In this document: in pieces, positions 1 to 8,964 of the stretch | Layout of the letters: every line of letters begins with the position of its first letter | Position numbering within the stretch: position 1 is the stretch's first letter | Source of the DNA: a virus | Taxonomy: Duplodnaviria; Caudoviricetes | Length of the DNA stretch: 53,820 bases | Direction: 5' to 3' (one strand) | IMG/VR virus record: IMGVR_UViG_3300025671_012102 | Span: 1-53,820 of that record | Translations under genes and position numbers: made by a program | The notes under the pieces: model-generated | Seen by the model: only the letters and a program-made list of their open reading frames with translations | Database searches by the model: none | What the model was told of the DNA's origin: nothing

Positions 1-1017
1 ATGGCTACGGCTTATAGGAAGAACAGTGGTTGGCGTGGTCAAGCGGCAATCAATGGAAAAAGAAAAACAAAGGAAGGTTTTTCCACTAAACGCGATGCAA
101 TGGCTTGGGCGGCTAATGAAGAGCGCTTAGCAAAAGAAAGCACCTCTTCTGATATTCCAGATCGCCCCTTTAGTGAAGCGCTAGAACGCTACCGTGATAC
201 GGTCAGTGTGACCAAGCGTGGTCAAAAATTTGAAATCCGAAGAATTGAACGCTGGTTGGGCAAAAGCGCCGACGAACCAGCAGACCCACTCTGTTTTATA
301 TCCCTCCAAGACCTTCAATCAAAACACTTTGCCGAATGGCGAGACAGACGCCTGCAAAAAGTAGCCGTTGGCACAGTCTTACGTGAATGGACCGTACTTT
401 CTTCTATTTGCAGTCAGTGTGCGAAGGAATGGGGCTGGTTGAAAGAAAACCCAATGACAAGGGTGAAGCGTCCCAAAGAACCAGAAGCGAGAACAAGACG
501 GCTGTTGCCTGGCGAATTTGAACAACTGATGATCGCCACACAATACGACATAGAGATACCACCAGAATCCAAAAGCGAGCGCATCGGCGCGGCCATCGTC
601 TTTGCCATAGAAACCGCTATGCGTGCCGGTGAGATTTGTGGCATAACATGGGAGGACGTGAATTTAGAAAGGCGCACCGTTCACCTACCCAAAACAAAGA
701 ACGGTAATCCTCGTACCGTGCCGCTATCCACCACAGCCGTGAAAGTATTGGAAAAGCTCAAGACCTTAGATGACTGCAGGCTAAAAGCGTTTAATCTAAA
801 ATCAGACTCGCTTGATGTGAATTTCAGAAAGATACGCAACAAGTGCCTAATAGACGATCTACACTTTCACGATCTGAGACGGGAAGCACTGACACGACTA
901 GCAACTAAAGTGGACGTACTTAACCTAGCGAAGATATCAGGCCATACAGACCTAAGAATCCTGCAGCGGGTTTACTACGCACCAGATATGGGTGATATTG
1001 CATTGATGCTGGATTAA
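1..1017 (+). CDS. int: Tyrosine recombinase / phage integrase
   Basis: Catalytic residues R (TAMRAGE), K (KTKNG), H-x-x-R (FHDLRRE), H (SGH), Y (RVYY); N-terminal arm-binding-like segment. Confidence 0.95.
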   Translation: MATAYRKNSGWRGQAAINGKRKTKEGFSTKRDAMAWAANEERLAKESTSSDIPDRPFSEALERYRDTVSVTKRGQKFEIRRIERWLGKSADEPADPLCFISLQDLQSKHFAEWRDRRLQKVAVGTVLREWTVLSSICSQCAKEWGWLKENPMTRVKRPKEPEARTRRLLPGEFEQLMIATQYDIEIPPESKSERIGAAIVFAIETAMRAGEICGITWEDVNLERRTVHLPKTKNGNPRTVPLSTTAVKVLEKLKTLDDCRLKAFNLKSDSLDVNFRKIRNKCLIDDLHFHDLRREALTRLATKVDVLNLAKISGHTDLRILQRVYYAPDMGDIALMLD

Positions 1018-1035
1018 CTTGATGGATTTATATAT

Positions 1036-1656
1036 ATGGAGAGTAATAGTTTTACCTTAGGAGATATGTCAGAAGGGCTAATCAGACAAAGACGAAACTT
1101 GATATCTGTTTCTTGTATTCTTGTATTTCTAAAGTTTGCGGGTGTTGAAATTAGTAAGTTAAGTTTTCTTGGGTTAGATTTTGATGAATTAAAAAATCCT
1201 TCTGCTTTTTATTTGCTTATATGGGTAGCGTACTTCTACTTTGCACTACGTTATTACCAGTACTTTTGGCAGGAAGGTAGGTCTAAGGTCACAAATAATT
1301 ATATTAGTGGTGTGAGGAATCGTACCATTAATAAAGTATGGACTAATGCGAAAAAGAGCAAAATAAATGGAGAGTTTCGTACATATGAACCTAACACTTT
1401 AGAAGAATTAGAAGCTAATGATTGGAAGTATGAGGCAACTTATAGAAAAGCTGATGGGACAAAAATTGTCGTGGGAATGGTTCTGGAGAAAAAAGAACGT
1501 GTTAAATGTAGGGTGAATACAATTATTAATCTTACGTTCCATACCAGTATAGTGACTGATTACTTACTGCCATTCTTGTTCGCTATCGGTGCACTTTCTT
1601 ATTGTGCTACTGGATCAACATCAAGTTTGTTTTGGGCTTTAAGAGATAGCTTTTAA
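1036..1656 (+). CDS. Hypothetical membrane protein (cargo)
   Basis: 206-aa AT-rich ORF with about three hydrophobic segments; GGA upstream. Confidence 0.75.
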   Translation: MESNSFTLGDMSEGLIRQRRNLISVSCILVFLKFAGVEISKLSFLGLDFDELKNPSAFYLLIWVAYFYFALRYYQYFWQEGRSKVTNNYISGVRNRTINKVWTNAKKSKINGEFRTYEPNTLEELEANDWKYEATYRKADGTKIVVGMVLEKKERVKCRVNTIINLTFHTSIVTDYLLPFLFAIGALSYCATGSTSSLFWALRDSF

Positions 1657-1740
1657 AATATTATTTAATTCATGAAAGTTGTGTGAGTTAAGGAAAGATA
1701 TTTGATGCCGAAAAAATATGCTAATGAAAATCAGAATAAA

Positions 1741-1766
1741 AGCCGCTCTACCTAGGTAGAACGGCC
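1741..1766 (-). terminator. Intrinsic terminator of the toxin mRNA (possibly bidirectional)
   Basis: Hairpin GCCG(C/T)TCTAC-CTAG-GTAGA(A/G)CGGC followed by TTTT on the minus strand, just after the peptide stop codon. Confidence 0.7.
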
Positions 1767-1773
1767 TGTTCTT

Positions 1774-1851
1774 TTACTTGCGAAAAATAAGAACTAGTAG
1801 CTTCACAATATTCACTACCAGGGCAGTCACAAGGACAGCTATTTCTAGCAT
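1774..1851 (-). CDS. Putative type I toxin, 25-aa hydrophobic peptide MLEIAVLVTALVVNIVKLLVLIFRK (TisB/DinQ/ShoB-like)
   Basis: Read manually, below the ORF-track cutoff. GAGGTG Shine-Dalgarno at 1855-1860, one TM-like helix with a basic C-terminus, terminator downstream. Confidence 0.75.
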   Translation of the reverse strand: MLEIAVLVTALVVNIVKLLVLIFRK

Positions 1852-2090
1852 AAGCACCTCATTATCCTAGGTGCCGCTTGGTTGTATGTTTATCTGGCCT
1901 TCCACACACCAACATCGATGAAATGGTGCAAGCACACGGCAGTTAAAAATCCCTCTTTGCCAGCTAGCTGTCACACTAGGTTAGGGGTGTCTCCCCTAGC
2001 GATGAAGACGGTTCTAGAGATTAATTCACCGTTTACAACAGTAGTAATCTCCTTAATTGCCGATGCAGCCATTAACTCATCGATTCAATG

Positions 2091-2156
2091 ATTCTAAAGC
2101 AATGTTTAGGTTTAAGACAAACTAGGATTGGATATAATTGTGAAAAAGGTTACTAT
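2091..2156. promoter_or_regulatory. Divergent sigma70-type promoters for the toxin mRNA (minus) and antitoxin sRNA (plus)
   Basis: Minus strand: TTGTCT(2120-2115)-18 nt-TAGAAT(2096-2091), +1 near 2084. Plus strand: TTGGAT(2128-2133)-17 nt-TACTAT(2151-2156), +1 near 2164. Confidence 0.6.
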
Positions 2157-2163
2157 TTGACCT

Positions 2164-2247
2164 ATCGATGAGATGGTGCATTGCGCACATGATGTTAGGC
2201 CGTCAACCGAACATCAATGAATTAACTGCCCAAGTGGCGGTTTTTTT
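2164..2247 (+). ncRNA. Putative antitoxin sRNA (IstR/AgrB/OhsC-like arrangement)
   Basis: 5' end ATCGATGAGATGGTGCA matches 1914-1930 at 16/17 nt, so it is antisense to the toxin leader. Internal hairpin TGATGTT...AACATCA; terminator ACTGCC-CAAGT-GGCGGT-TTTTTT. Confidence 0.7.
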
Positions 2248-2396
2248 GTGCCTGGCGTTTGGTTTGACTAGCGCAAAAGAGCAAAACAATTTACTGTAAA
2301 GGAAATGACAACAATATGAAGCAATCATACACTCAGATTGCAGTGCAACTACGCTAGAAAAGCGCAGCATGTCACACTAGTAGTACAAGGGAAGTT

Positions 2397-3275
2397 ATGG
2401 CTAATAATGATAAGGGACGTGTCTTCGGCCATATTCCTGGGACCACAGTAGGTCAAATTTTTAAAGACCGTGCCGCTTTAGCGAAAGCCGGTATTCATAA
2501 ACCCAACCAAGCCGGGATTAGCGGTAGTGGTAAAGAAGGCGCGGACTCTATTGTCTTATCCGGTGGTTATGAAGACGATGAAGATCGTGGGGATGAGATA
2601 ATTTACACCGGTGCTGGCGGTCAAGACCCAGGGACCAAAAAACAAAACGCAGATCAAACCCTAGATGGCAAAAATCTAGCCCTAGCCAGAAGCCACCTAG
2701 AAGGTTATCCGGTTCGCGTTTCTCGAAGCCTCAAGCACAAAGACCCAAAATCAACAGAAAAAGGTTATGAGTATTCAGGCTTATACAAAGTAGATGACTA
2801 CTGGCAAGAAAAGGGCCGTTCTGGTTTTTATGTTTGGCGATACCGTCTTATTGCCTGTGACGAACAACCTATCCAAGTAGCACCTAACGAACCATCAAAC
2901 GGCTATACTGAGGCTAGGCGAGTACAAACCACCGTTCAGCGGATCGTTCGAGATACCAAAATAGCCAAGCACGTAAAGCTGCTGCACAACTACCAATGCC
3001 AAGTATGCGGGACCTCGTTAGAAACCAGTGCCGGTTTATATGCCGAAGCCGCCCACATCAAACCATTAGGTCAACCTCACAACGGGCCAGATGTAGAAAG
3101 CAACATCCTCTGTCTTTGCCCCAATCACCACGTACTCTTTGATAATGGTGGGTTCACCATCGATGATGAACTAAAGCTGATCGGCATAGAGGGCGAATTG
3201 AAGACAGTAAAAAAGCACAAGATTGAAAAAAAATTTATCCAGTACCACCGTGAACACTATCAGGTGAGAAGTTAA
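2397..3275 (+). CDS. SRA/YDG-HNH modification-dependent (5mC/5hmC) restriction endonuclease, TagI-like
   Basis: SRA motifs (FGHIPG, QAGISG, SIVLSGGYEDDED, IYTGAGG, YSGLYKV) plus HNH domain (CQVC, EAAHIKPL, NILCLCPNHH). Confidence 0.9.
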   Translation: MANNDKGRVFGHIPGTTVGQIFKDRAALAKAGIHKPNQAGISGSGKEGADSIVLSGGYEDDEDRGDEIIYTGAGGQDPGTKKQNADQTLDGKNLALARSHLEGYPVRVSRSLKHKDPKSTEKGYEYSGLYKVDDYWQEKGRSGFYVWRYRLIACDEQPIQVAPNEPSNGYTEARRVQTTVQRIVRDTKIAKHVKLLHNYQCQVCGTSLETSAGLYAEAAHIKPLGQPHNGPDVESNILCLCPNHHVLFDNGGFTIDDELKLIGIEGELKTVKKHKIEKKFIQYHREHYQVRS

Positions 3276-3360
3276 TTTTTGATTAAATCAGATATAAATA
3301 ATTTTTAAATTTAGGCTTTATTTAAACCTGAAAATATTTTCTATTAATGGACGCTAAAAA

Positions 3361-4143
3361 ATGAAATCAAAAAATCACAGGATAAAGTTTTATATTATTC
3401 TATTTTTTTCATTGTTGTTATTTATGGTTTTGGTTGTTTGCCCTTTAGGAAACGCACTCTATGATAAATATAGAAATAATGAGTTAAAGGTAGACGATTC
3501 TTTAATCTTGCCAAACGTTGTTATTGCTGATGCCTGTGATGAAAACGATCAGAATTGTATGAAGAACGTTATTCTTATTAATTCGGCGATTAGCTTAAAT
3601 ACTATAGAATCTTTTAATAAATTAAAACTTCCAGAAAATGTTGATACAGTATGTTTTTCAAGCTCTGGAGGTAATGTTGAGGTATCAATTCTAATCGGTA
3701 ATTATATTAAAAAACATGGTTTTAATACCTGTATGGCCTCAAAATATAAGATACATAATATATTGCAAGATGGGGGGGTTCTTACTATGCATACTGGAGG
3801 ATGCGCTTCTATGTGTCCGTTAATACTTTTAATGGGGGAAGAAAGGTATGCAATAGGTGGTAATTTCAAAATTGAACTTCATCACATAGGTAAAACACGT
3901 AATTATTGTATTTGCGAAATTAAAACGAATTCATCTGATAGTGATGGTGACGTCATATCAATGCTGAGCTCTGTCGGAACAGAGAGCGATATAAATAAAA
4001 AGATAGATTTTTTTCGATTATCACAAGAAACAGATTTTAAAGAAGATAAATTGTATCGAGTTACTGAAGATGAACTTCAGAAGTATAGAGTGTTTACAGA
4101 GTACTATTCTAGTTCACCATTAAGTGTAAAAACTGATGTATAG
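3361..4143 (+). CDS. Membrane-anchored periplasmic protein, ClpP/crotonase-like (COG3904-like)
   Basis: N-terminal TM segment; SSSGGNV and CASMCPLILLMGEERY motifs typical of ClpP-like folds. Confidence 0.6.
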   Translation: MKSKNHRIKFYIILFFSLLLFMVLVVCPLGNALYDKYRNNELKVDDSLILPNVVIADACDENDQNCMKNVILINSAISLNTIESFNKLKLPENVDTVCFSSSGGNVEVSILIGNYIKKHGFNTCMASKYKIHNILQDGGVLTMHTGGCASMCPLILLMGEERYAIGGNFKIELHHIGKTRNYCICEIKTNSSDSDGDVISMLSSVGTESDINKKIDFFRLSQETDFKEDKLYRVTEDELQKYRVFTEYYSSSPLSVKTDV

Positions 4144-4217
4144 TTGAAGTATTCTGGAGCTAGTTGGTATTTATTAGTTATAAAAAAACAATACCTATTC
4201 AGGTTAAAGGAGTAATC

Positions 4218-4424
4218 ATGGACAGTTCAACACCAAACTACGCGGTTTCTAGCAATAAGAAAAAAGCCATCTACTCCTTGAAGAGAATTTAGAAAAGTGT
4301 GGTGGCATGCGCCAAATTTCATATGGTTGAGGTTCTTGCCTATAAAGTAAAGACAATAGAGCTAAGAGACGGCGGACATCCGCTTATCATCCTAACGGAA
4401 CAAGAGTGGGTTAGGTTTATTTAG
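4218..4424 (+). pseudogene. Degraded remnant of a BRCT-domain protein gene
   Basis: AAGGAG SD and ATG, in-frame TAG after 24 codons. The same frame ends in TIELRDGGHPLIILTEQEWVRFI, resembling bacterial BRCT C-termini. Confidence 0.5.
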
Positions 4425-4551
4425 TCTGTTTGGTTAAGAAGAGTGCTTTCTACAAGATGCTAAGAAATTGATAGGTGACTAAGTTAAGAGTGTTCCTGAT
4501 GTTTTCTTATAATTTTTTCAGTATGATTTTTAAATATAAGCTTGAGTAAAT

Positions 4552-6087
4552 ATGAACCAAAAATACTATTTATTTTATACTATCAATCTTATTGTTAGGC
4601 TTTTTCCTGTACTTTTTAGTAAAAAAATGAAAAGCATTTCTAATGCTTTTTTTGAGTTCAAAAAATATAGTGAGAATAATGATAGATACAAGGATCTAAA
4701 GAGCCATAGTTTATTAGACCCTAAGGTTGATTGGAGTTTAGTGGCTGTGCACTCAGCATTTTCAATTTCTTCTAACCATGCAGATAAAATTTATAAGTGG
4801 ATAAAAGATCGAAGGCATTATGAATCAGGTGGTGTGGGGAAATCACGTATTGATGATAATTCATGGCATAATTTGGGGTTCTTTGTACCGAATGGTATAA
4901 AAAGTATAGATGCTATTCCTGTCGGTTTAGATTCTAAGTTTGTTAAGAGCTGTGAAGTGCATTTTGCTTCAATATCTGGGTTGTATTATATATCAATTTA
5001 TTGGTTTTTAAGCGAGGAAGCTAATGATTTGGTTAAATCTTTAGATGTTTCAAATGAAAAATCTATGGAGATTAAAGTTAAAACATGTAATCCATTTAGT
5101 TTTGGTTATGGCATATTACATCACTACAGTAAGATATCTTATTGTAAGGACTTGATAGAAAATAATCTAAAATTGTTAAATGATGATATTTCATATCTGG
5201 AAAAAAGAATAAATAATATTTTAATGGGGCGTTCATTTGATTATACTTCTATAAGGAATTTAGAGGTATTAGTAAAGTCCGATGACTCATATTTCAATTT
5301 AATTTCAGATAATTTGGTAGATGAAGATAGGTGTATTAATAGTTTTTCTATTGATCGAAATCCACCACTCTTGCCTATGATTAATGAAAATAACGAATCT
5401 TTTTTAGATGATTTTTCACAATTTGGAATTGATATACCATTTAATTCGGTTTTTATTAAATCTGAAAACTTAACGGATGAAGATAGAAAAGAAAAATATG
5501 GCTTTTCCTATGGGAACACTTCATGTCATATTCATGATTCTCATAATTTTCTTTCTATTTTTTATCTCTTGGATAATGAGTATAATAATCTTGTCGATAA
5601 ATATTCAAGTATAATATCAAATGAACACTATGAGGAAAGTGATCATTATGAAATGCTTTATGAAGCTTTTGTTGAATTCGATGCTTTATCTAGAAAAATT
5701 GAGAAGGTAAATTCTGATGGATGGGTGTTGTTTTCTGACTTTTCTAAAGAGAAAAAAATATTAGAATTGTTTTTTTCTAAAACTAAATGTACTTTTGAAA
5801 AAATAAGTAAAACAAAGTTAGAAGTGGAGGTTCTTAAGAGAAATAAAAATGAAAAAATACAGTCTAGTAATTTGAAGTATCAAAAAAGAAACTCAATTTT
5901 AATTGTTATATTGGTGATTGTTCAAATTGTTATAGGTTTTTTTAGTTTGGATGAAAATAAAATAAATATATTGATGTTGTTTTTAAAAACTCCTTTTGGT
6001 TTTTTCATTGTCCTAGTTTTAATAATATGCATTGGGTATTTTTTATATAAAATTTTAGTTAAGTTGGGAAGCTTTTTAATACGATGA
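4552..6087 (+). CDS. Hypothetical protein with C-terminal coiled coil and two TM helices (cargo)
   Basis: 511-aa, very AT-rich uninterrupted ORF. Confidence 0.75.
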   Translation: MNQKYYLFYTINLIVRLFPVLFSKKMKSISNAFFEFKKYSENNDRYKDLKSHSLLDPKVDWSLVAVHSAFSISSNHADKIYKWIKDRRHYESGGVGKSRIDDNSWHNLGFFVPNGIKSIDAIPVGLDSKFVKSCEVHFASISGLYYISIYWFLSEEANDLVKSLDVSNEKSMEIKVKTCNPFSFGYGILHHYSKISYCKDLIENNLKLLNDDISYLEKRINNILMGRSFDYTSIRNLEVLVKSDDSYFNLISDNLVDEDRCINSFSIDRNPPLLPMINENNESFLDDFSQFGIDIPFNSVFIKSENLTDEDRKEKYGFSYGNTSCHIHDSHNFLSIFYLLDNEYNNLVDKYSSIISNEHYEESDHYEMLYEAFVEFDALSRKIEKVNSDGWVLFSDFSKEKKILELFFSKTKCTFEKISKTKLEVEVLKRNKNEKIQSSNLKYQKRNSILIVILVIVQIVIGFFSLDENKINILMLFLKTPFGFFIVLVLIICIGYFLYKILVKLGSFLIR

Positions 6088-6104
6088 GCTATGTTAAATT
6101 ACAC

Positions 6105-6131
6105 AAAAAAACCGCCCTTTGGCGGTTTTTT
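6105..6131. terminator. Bidirectional intrinsic terminator
   Basis: AAAAAAACCGCC-CTTT-GGCGGTTTTTT between the convergent cargo genes and early operon. Confidence 0.85.
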
Positions 6132-6151
6132 AATGTCTGTTGTAAATCAAT

Positions 6152-6436
6152 TCAATGCGTCATTTTCTGAGCCAATGCCCATGACATTACGTCGCTGGCG
6201 ACCCAACGCCAGTTGGTGCGGTTTTCTGATCCGCCTACGTTTCTTGCTTGTGGAAAGGTGCGTTTGCACGCTACGTCGCCCATGAATTTCTTTTTTGATA
6301 ACCCAAGGTAAGCGGCGCATTCGTCTGAACCCCATAGGGTTTTGTTGTCTGCGACTTTCGGTTTGCTTAGGGTTTGGATCAGTTGTTCTAGCTTTTCAGC
6401 AAGAGAAGCGTCAATTTTATTAATATCTGAATTCAT
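6152..6436 (-). CDS. AlpA/excisionase-like DNA-binding protein
   Basis: LWGSDECAAYLGLS...FPQA...RWVASDVMSW winged-HTH pattern; last gene of the early operon. Confidence 0.7.
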   Translation of the reverse strand: MNSDINKIDASLAEKLEQLIQTLSKPKVADNKTLWGSDECAAYLGLSKKKFMGDVACKRTFPQARNVGGSENRTNWRWVASDVMSWALAQKMTH

Positions 6437-6453
6437 CTTATTCTCCTTCAGCT

Positions 6454-6702
6454 TTAGGCTGCTAGTTCTAGATTTGATATGTATGAATAACGACGGCCTT
6501 GGTGCATCAGTCGTTTAATTGTTTCACGAGCGCGAGCTTGGCCTTCTTGGCCCATGCCGTTTTCCATTGCGGCGTAGATCAGCCTTATTTCTGCTTCTAT
6601 GGCATCACCGTATGCATCGCTAAAGTTTTTGCATTCAGGCGTGTAATGCGACAAACGTAAGGCGGCATTAAGCGCCTCATTTGCTAGTTTATGAGTGGTC
6701 AT
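6454..6702 (-). CDS. Hypothetical phage protein
   Basis: Start moved to MTTHKLANE on the basis of an AAAGGT SD; co-oriented in the operon. Confidence 0.6.
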   Translation of the reverse strand: MTTHKLANEALNAALRLSHYTPECKNFSDAYGDAIEAEIRLIYAAMENGMGQEGQARARETIKRLMHQGRRYSYISNLELAA

Positions 6703-6872
6703 TTTGTTTACCTTTGGCAAGTTGGTCTGAGAAATGAAGAGGGCGCTAATGGGCGCTTTGAATTGCAGCCAAACCCAAGCCACTTATGGGCGCTGTGCCA
6801 AGCTAGGTGTGGCACCACCTACTGGCTGCAAATCAAAGAGCCCACCAGTGTGTCGGTGGGCTAGTCGCTCTA

Positions 6873-7715
6873 TTAGCTGCCTAGTGAGAAAGAGCCAACA
6901 TAAACATTGGCGCTTTCATCTAATTTTTCGGTAAGAATTTCTTTAAACTCTTGCGCCATTTCTTCTTCGTGGGTTTCGAGGTTAATGACTCGAAGTACAA
7001 CTTTTGGTTCGCTGCTTGTAAGAATGCCAACACGAAAAACAAAGGTTCGTTCTGGTAAGCCTGCATAGGGAATGCAGCGGAAGTAAACGAAGTTCGGGCG
7101 AGCGTCTTTTGCTTGTGCCTGAATAGATTCTCGCGCTGATCGTTCACGCCCAAAGTTGTGCTCGCCATGCTCTTGGGTTTGTGTGGCGCTAACTGTGATA
7201 TTACGAAGGGCGTTAGCGGCCACCTTTACTGTTATGTTTTCGCCAACATCACCTGTTATTTCAATAACATTTGCTTGCCAGTCCTCAATAAACTCAGCTG
7301 CTTCCTTTTGCCCTAGCTTGCTGTCATTGATTCTAGTTAGAGCACGAAAGGCCGCTGTGGGTTTTAATCGAATGCTGGCAACATCATCACCATGACCAGC
7401 TGAGTCGTGATTACCCAAGTTGAAGAATGCTTTGGCGTTCATATCTTGTGCATTGATGTATGTGGTGTTTTCCGATTTAGAGTTGGCGTAAGTCGCAAAG
7501 TCTTCGATGCTTTCGGTGGTCATAGTGCCGCGAAAGCGATCACGCGAATGCTGAAATCGCTCCAATGATTCGAGCACAACACCGTCGCCTTTTGGCACTG
7601 CAATGACGTTAGTTGAAAGATATTCGTTATCAAAATACGTGATTAGTTTATCGCTTAGGGTAATAGCTGCTTGGTTTTGCTCTAAGTGGACGATGGCGTC
7701 TTTATTTAATGGCAT
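6873..7715 (-). CDS. DUF2303 (YfdQ-like) phage protein
   Basis: RDRFRGTMTT, GHGDDVA, AEFIEDW and CIPYAGL motifs. Confidence 0.8.
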   Translation of the reverse strand: MPLNKDAIVHLEQNQAAITLSDKLITYFDNEYLSTNVIAVPKGDGVVLESLERFQHSRDRFRGTMTTESIEDFATYANSKSENTTYINAQDMNAKAFFNLGNHDSAGHGDDVASIRLKPTAAFRALTRINDSKLGQKEAAEFIEDWQANVIEITGDVGENITVKVAANALRNITVSATQTQEHGEHNFGRERSARESIQAQAKDARPNFVYFRCIPYAGLPERTFVFRVGILTSSEPKVVLRVINLETHEEEMAQEFKEILTEKLDESANVYVGSFSLGS

Positions 7716-7757
7716 GCTGGTTTCCTGTTTTTTTAGATGGGTAGTTAGTGCGAAGTT

Positions 7758-8126
7758 TTAAAAACGATTAATAGGACCGTCTTTTGTCTTCGATTCTTTT
7801 TCAAACATTTGAAGCTGATTTTCTGGGTACATGGTGATGTTGCCTTTTTCGTTCACTACGAGCGGGGTTAGAAGCTCTAGGTCCTCGGTTTTCTTTCCGT
7901 TTTCAGTCGGAATGACACAGGACATTTTGTGGTTACAAACCACGTTCATGCCCGAGCCTTGAGGCTTGATTTTGATTTCAAGGGTGACGCTTCCGCCTTT
8001 GCGGTTTTCGATCACTGCCGCGCCAATTTCTGACAGGGTGATATCCAGAGCTTTTAAGAATGCACCACCGCCTAAGTCGCTTAATAGCTCGGTGGTGTCT
8101 GTTGGTTTTAGGCCTTGTGATGACAT
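7758..8126 (-). CDS. YfdP-like phage protein
   Basis: DLGGGAF...GSVTLEI pattern; usual partner upstream of DUF2303; GGAG SD. Confidence 0.65.
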   Translation of the reverse strand: MSSQGLKPTDTTELLSDLGGGAFLKALDITLSEIGAAVIENRKGGSVTLEIKIKPQGSGMNVVCNHKMSCVIPTENGKKTEDLELLTPLVVNEKGNITMYPENQLQMFEKESKTKDGPINRF

Positions 8127-8286
8127 GGTGTTTCTCCTTTGATGTGGGAAGGTTCGCACTGACGTAGCGGACACGGCTTTGCCTGCGGGGTAGGGTTTTT
8201 GAGGCACCTCCGCGTCTATGGCTAGCTACACTCGCGCTGGCTGTGGTTAGGTGGTGAGTTGTTTAACGACGGTCACGCTGGCCGTC

Positions 8287-8964
8287 TTAGCTAAAAGGTA
8301 TATCGTCGTCAAAGTCGTCGAAGTTGGGCGCTTGCTGCGACATTGGCCGCTGCTGCTGGCCTTGATGACGTTGTTGTGGTGTGGCTTGCTGGCCGTGCAT
8401 TTGGCCTTGTGGCTGGTTGAATCCTCCTTGTTGCGCACCGCCTTGCGCATTGGCATAACCATTCGGTTGGTTACCCCATGAGCCGAAGCTTTGCGGTTGA
8501 GCTTGCTGGTTATTTTGTTGCTGTGGTCGCTGTTGGTTTTGGCTATAGCCACCTTGCTGTGGCGCTTGGTTGCCATAACCGCCTTGTTGCTGATTGCCTC
8601 CTTGGGTCCCTCCATCTTGGCGACCGTCAAGCAATTGCATTTCGTTTGCGATGATTTCAGTGGTATAGCGTTTGATCCCGTCTTTTTCCCATTCACGAGT
8701 ACGCAAAGAGCCTTCGATGTAAACCTTGGTGCCTTTCTTGATGAAGTCGCCAGCGATTTGACCAAGGCGGAAGTTACCGCGATCCATGAAAACGATACGG
8801 TGCCATTCGGTACGTTCTTGCATTTCACCGGTTTGCTTGTCGCGCCAGCTTTCGGTGGTTGCCAGGTTAACATTTGCGACCGCTGCGCCTGATGGCATGT
8901 ACCGCACTTCGGCATCATTGCCAGCGTTGCCTATCAGGATGACTTTGTTAATACCTCTAGCCAT
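8287..8964 (-). CDS. ssb: Single-stranded DNA-binding protein
   Basis: [15 protein letters not shown] fold, Q/G-rich linker, acidic tail DFDDDIPF. Confidence 0.95.
   Translation of the reverse strand: MARGINKVILIGNAGNDAEVRYMPSGAAVANVNLATTESWRDKQTGEMQERTEWHRIVFMDRGNFRLGQIAGDFIKKGTKVYIEGSLRTREWEKDGIKRYTTEIIANEMQLLDGRQDGGTQGGNQQQGGYGNQAPQQGGYSQNQQRPQQQNNQQAQPQSFGSWGNQPNGYANAQGGAQQGGFNQPQGQMHGQQATPQQRHQGQQQRPMSQQAPNFDDFDDDIPFS

Noticed and set aside
1882-2091. 69-aa plus-strand ORF in the track
   Set aside because: No SD and no motif; it is antisense to the structured toxin leader, which explains the region better.
1969-2380. 11-bp direct repeat TGTCACACTAG (1969-1979 and 2370-2380)
   Set aside because: Short enough to be chance, with no supporting structure; not called as an att site or a second antisense site.
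8140-8285. GC-rich intergenic stretch that might be a ribozyme
   Set aside because: Hammerhead and twister core motifs could not be matched by eye; only generic hairpins.
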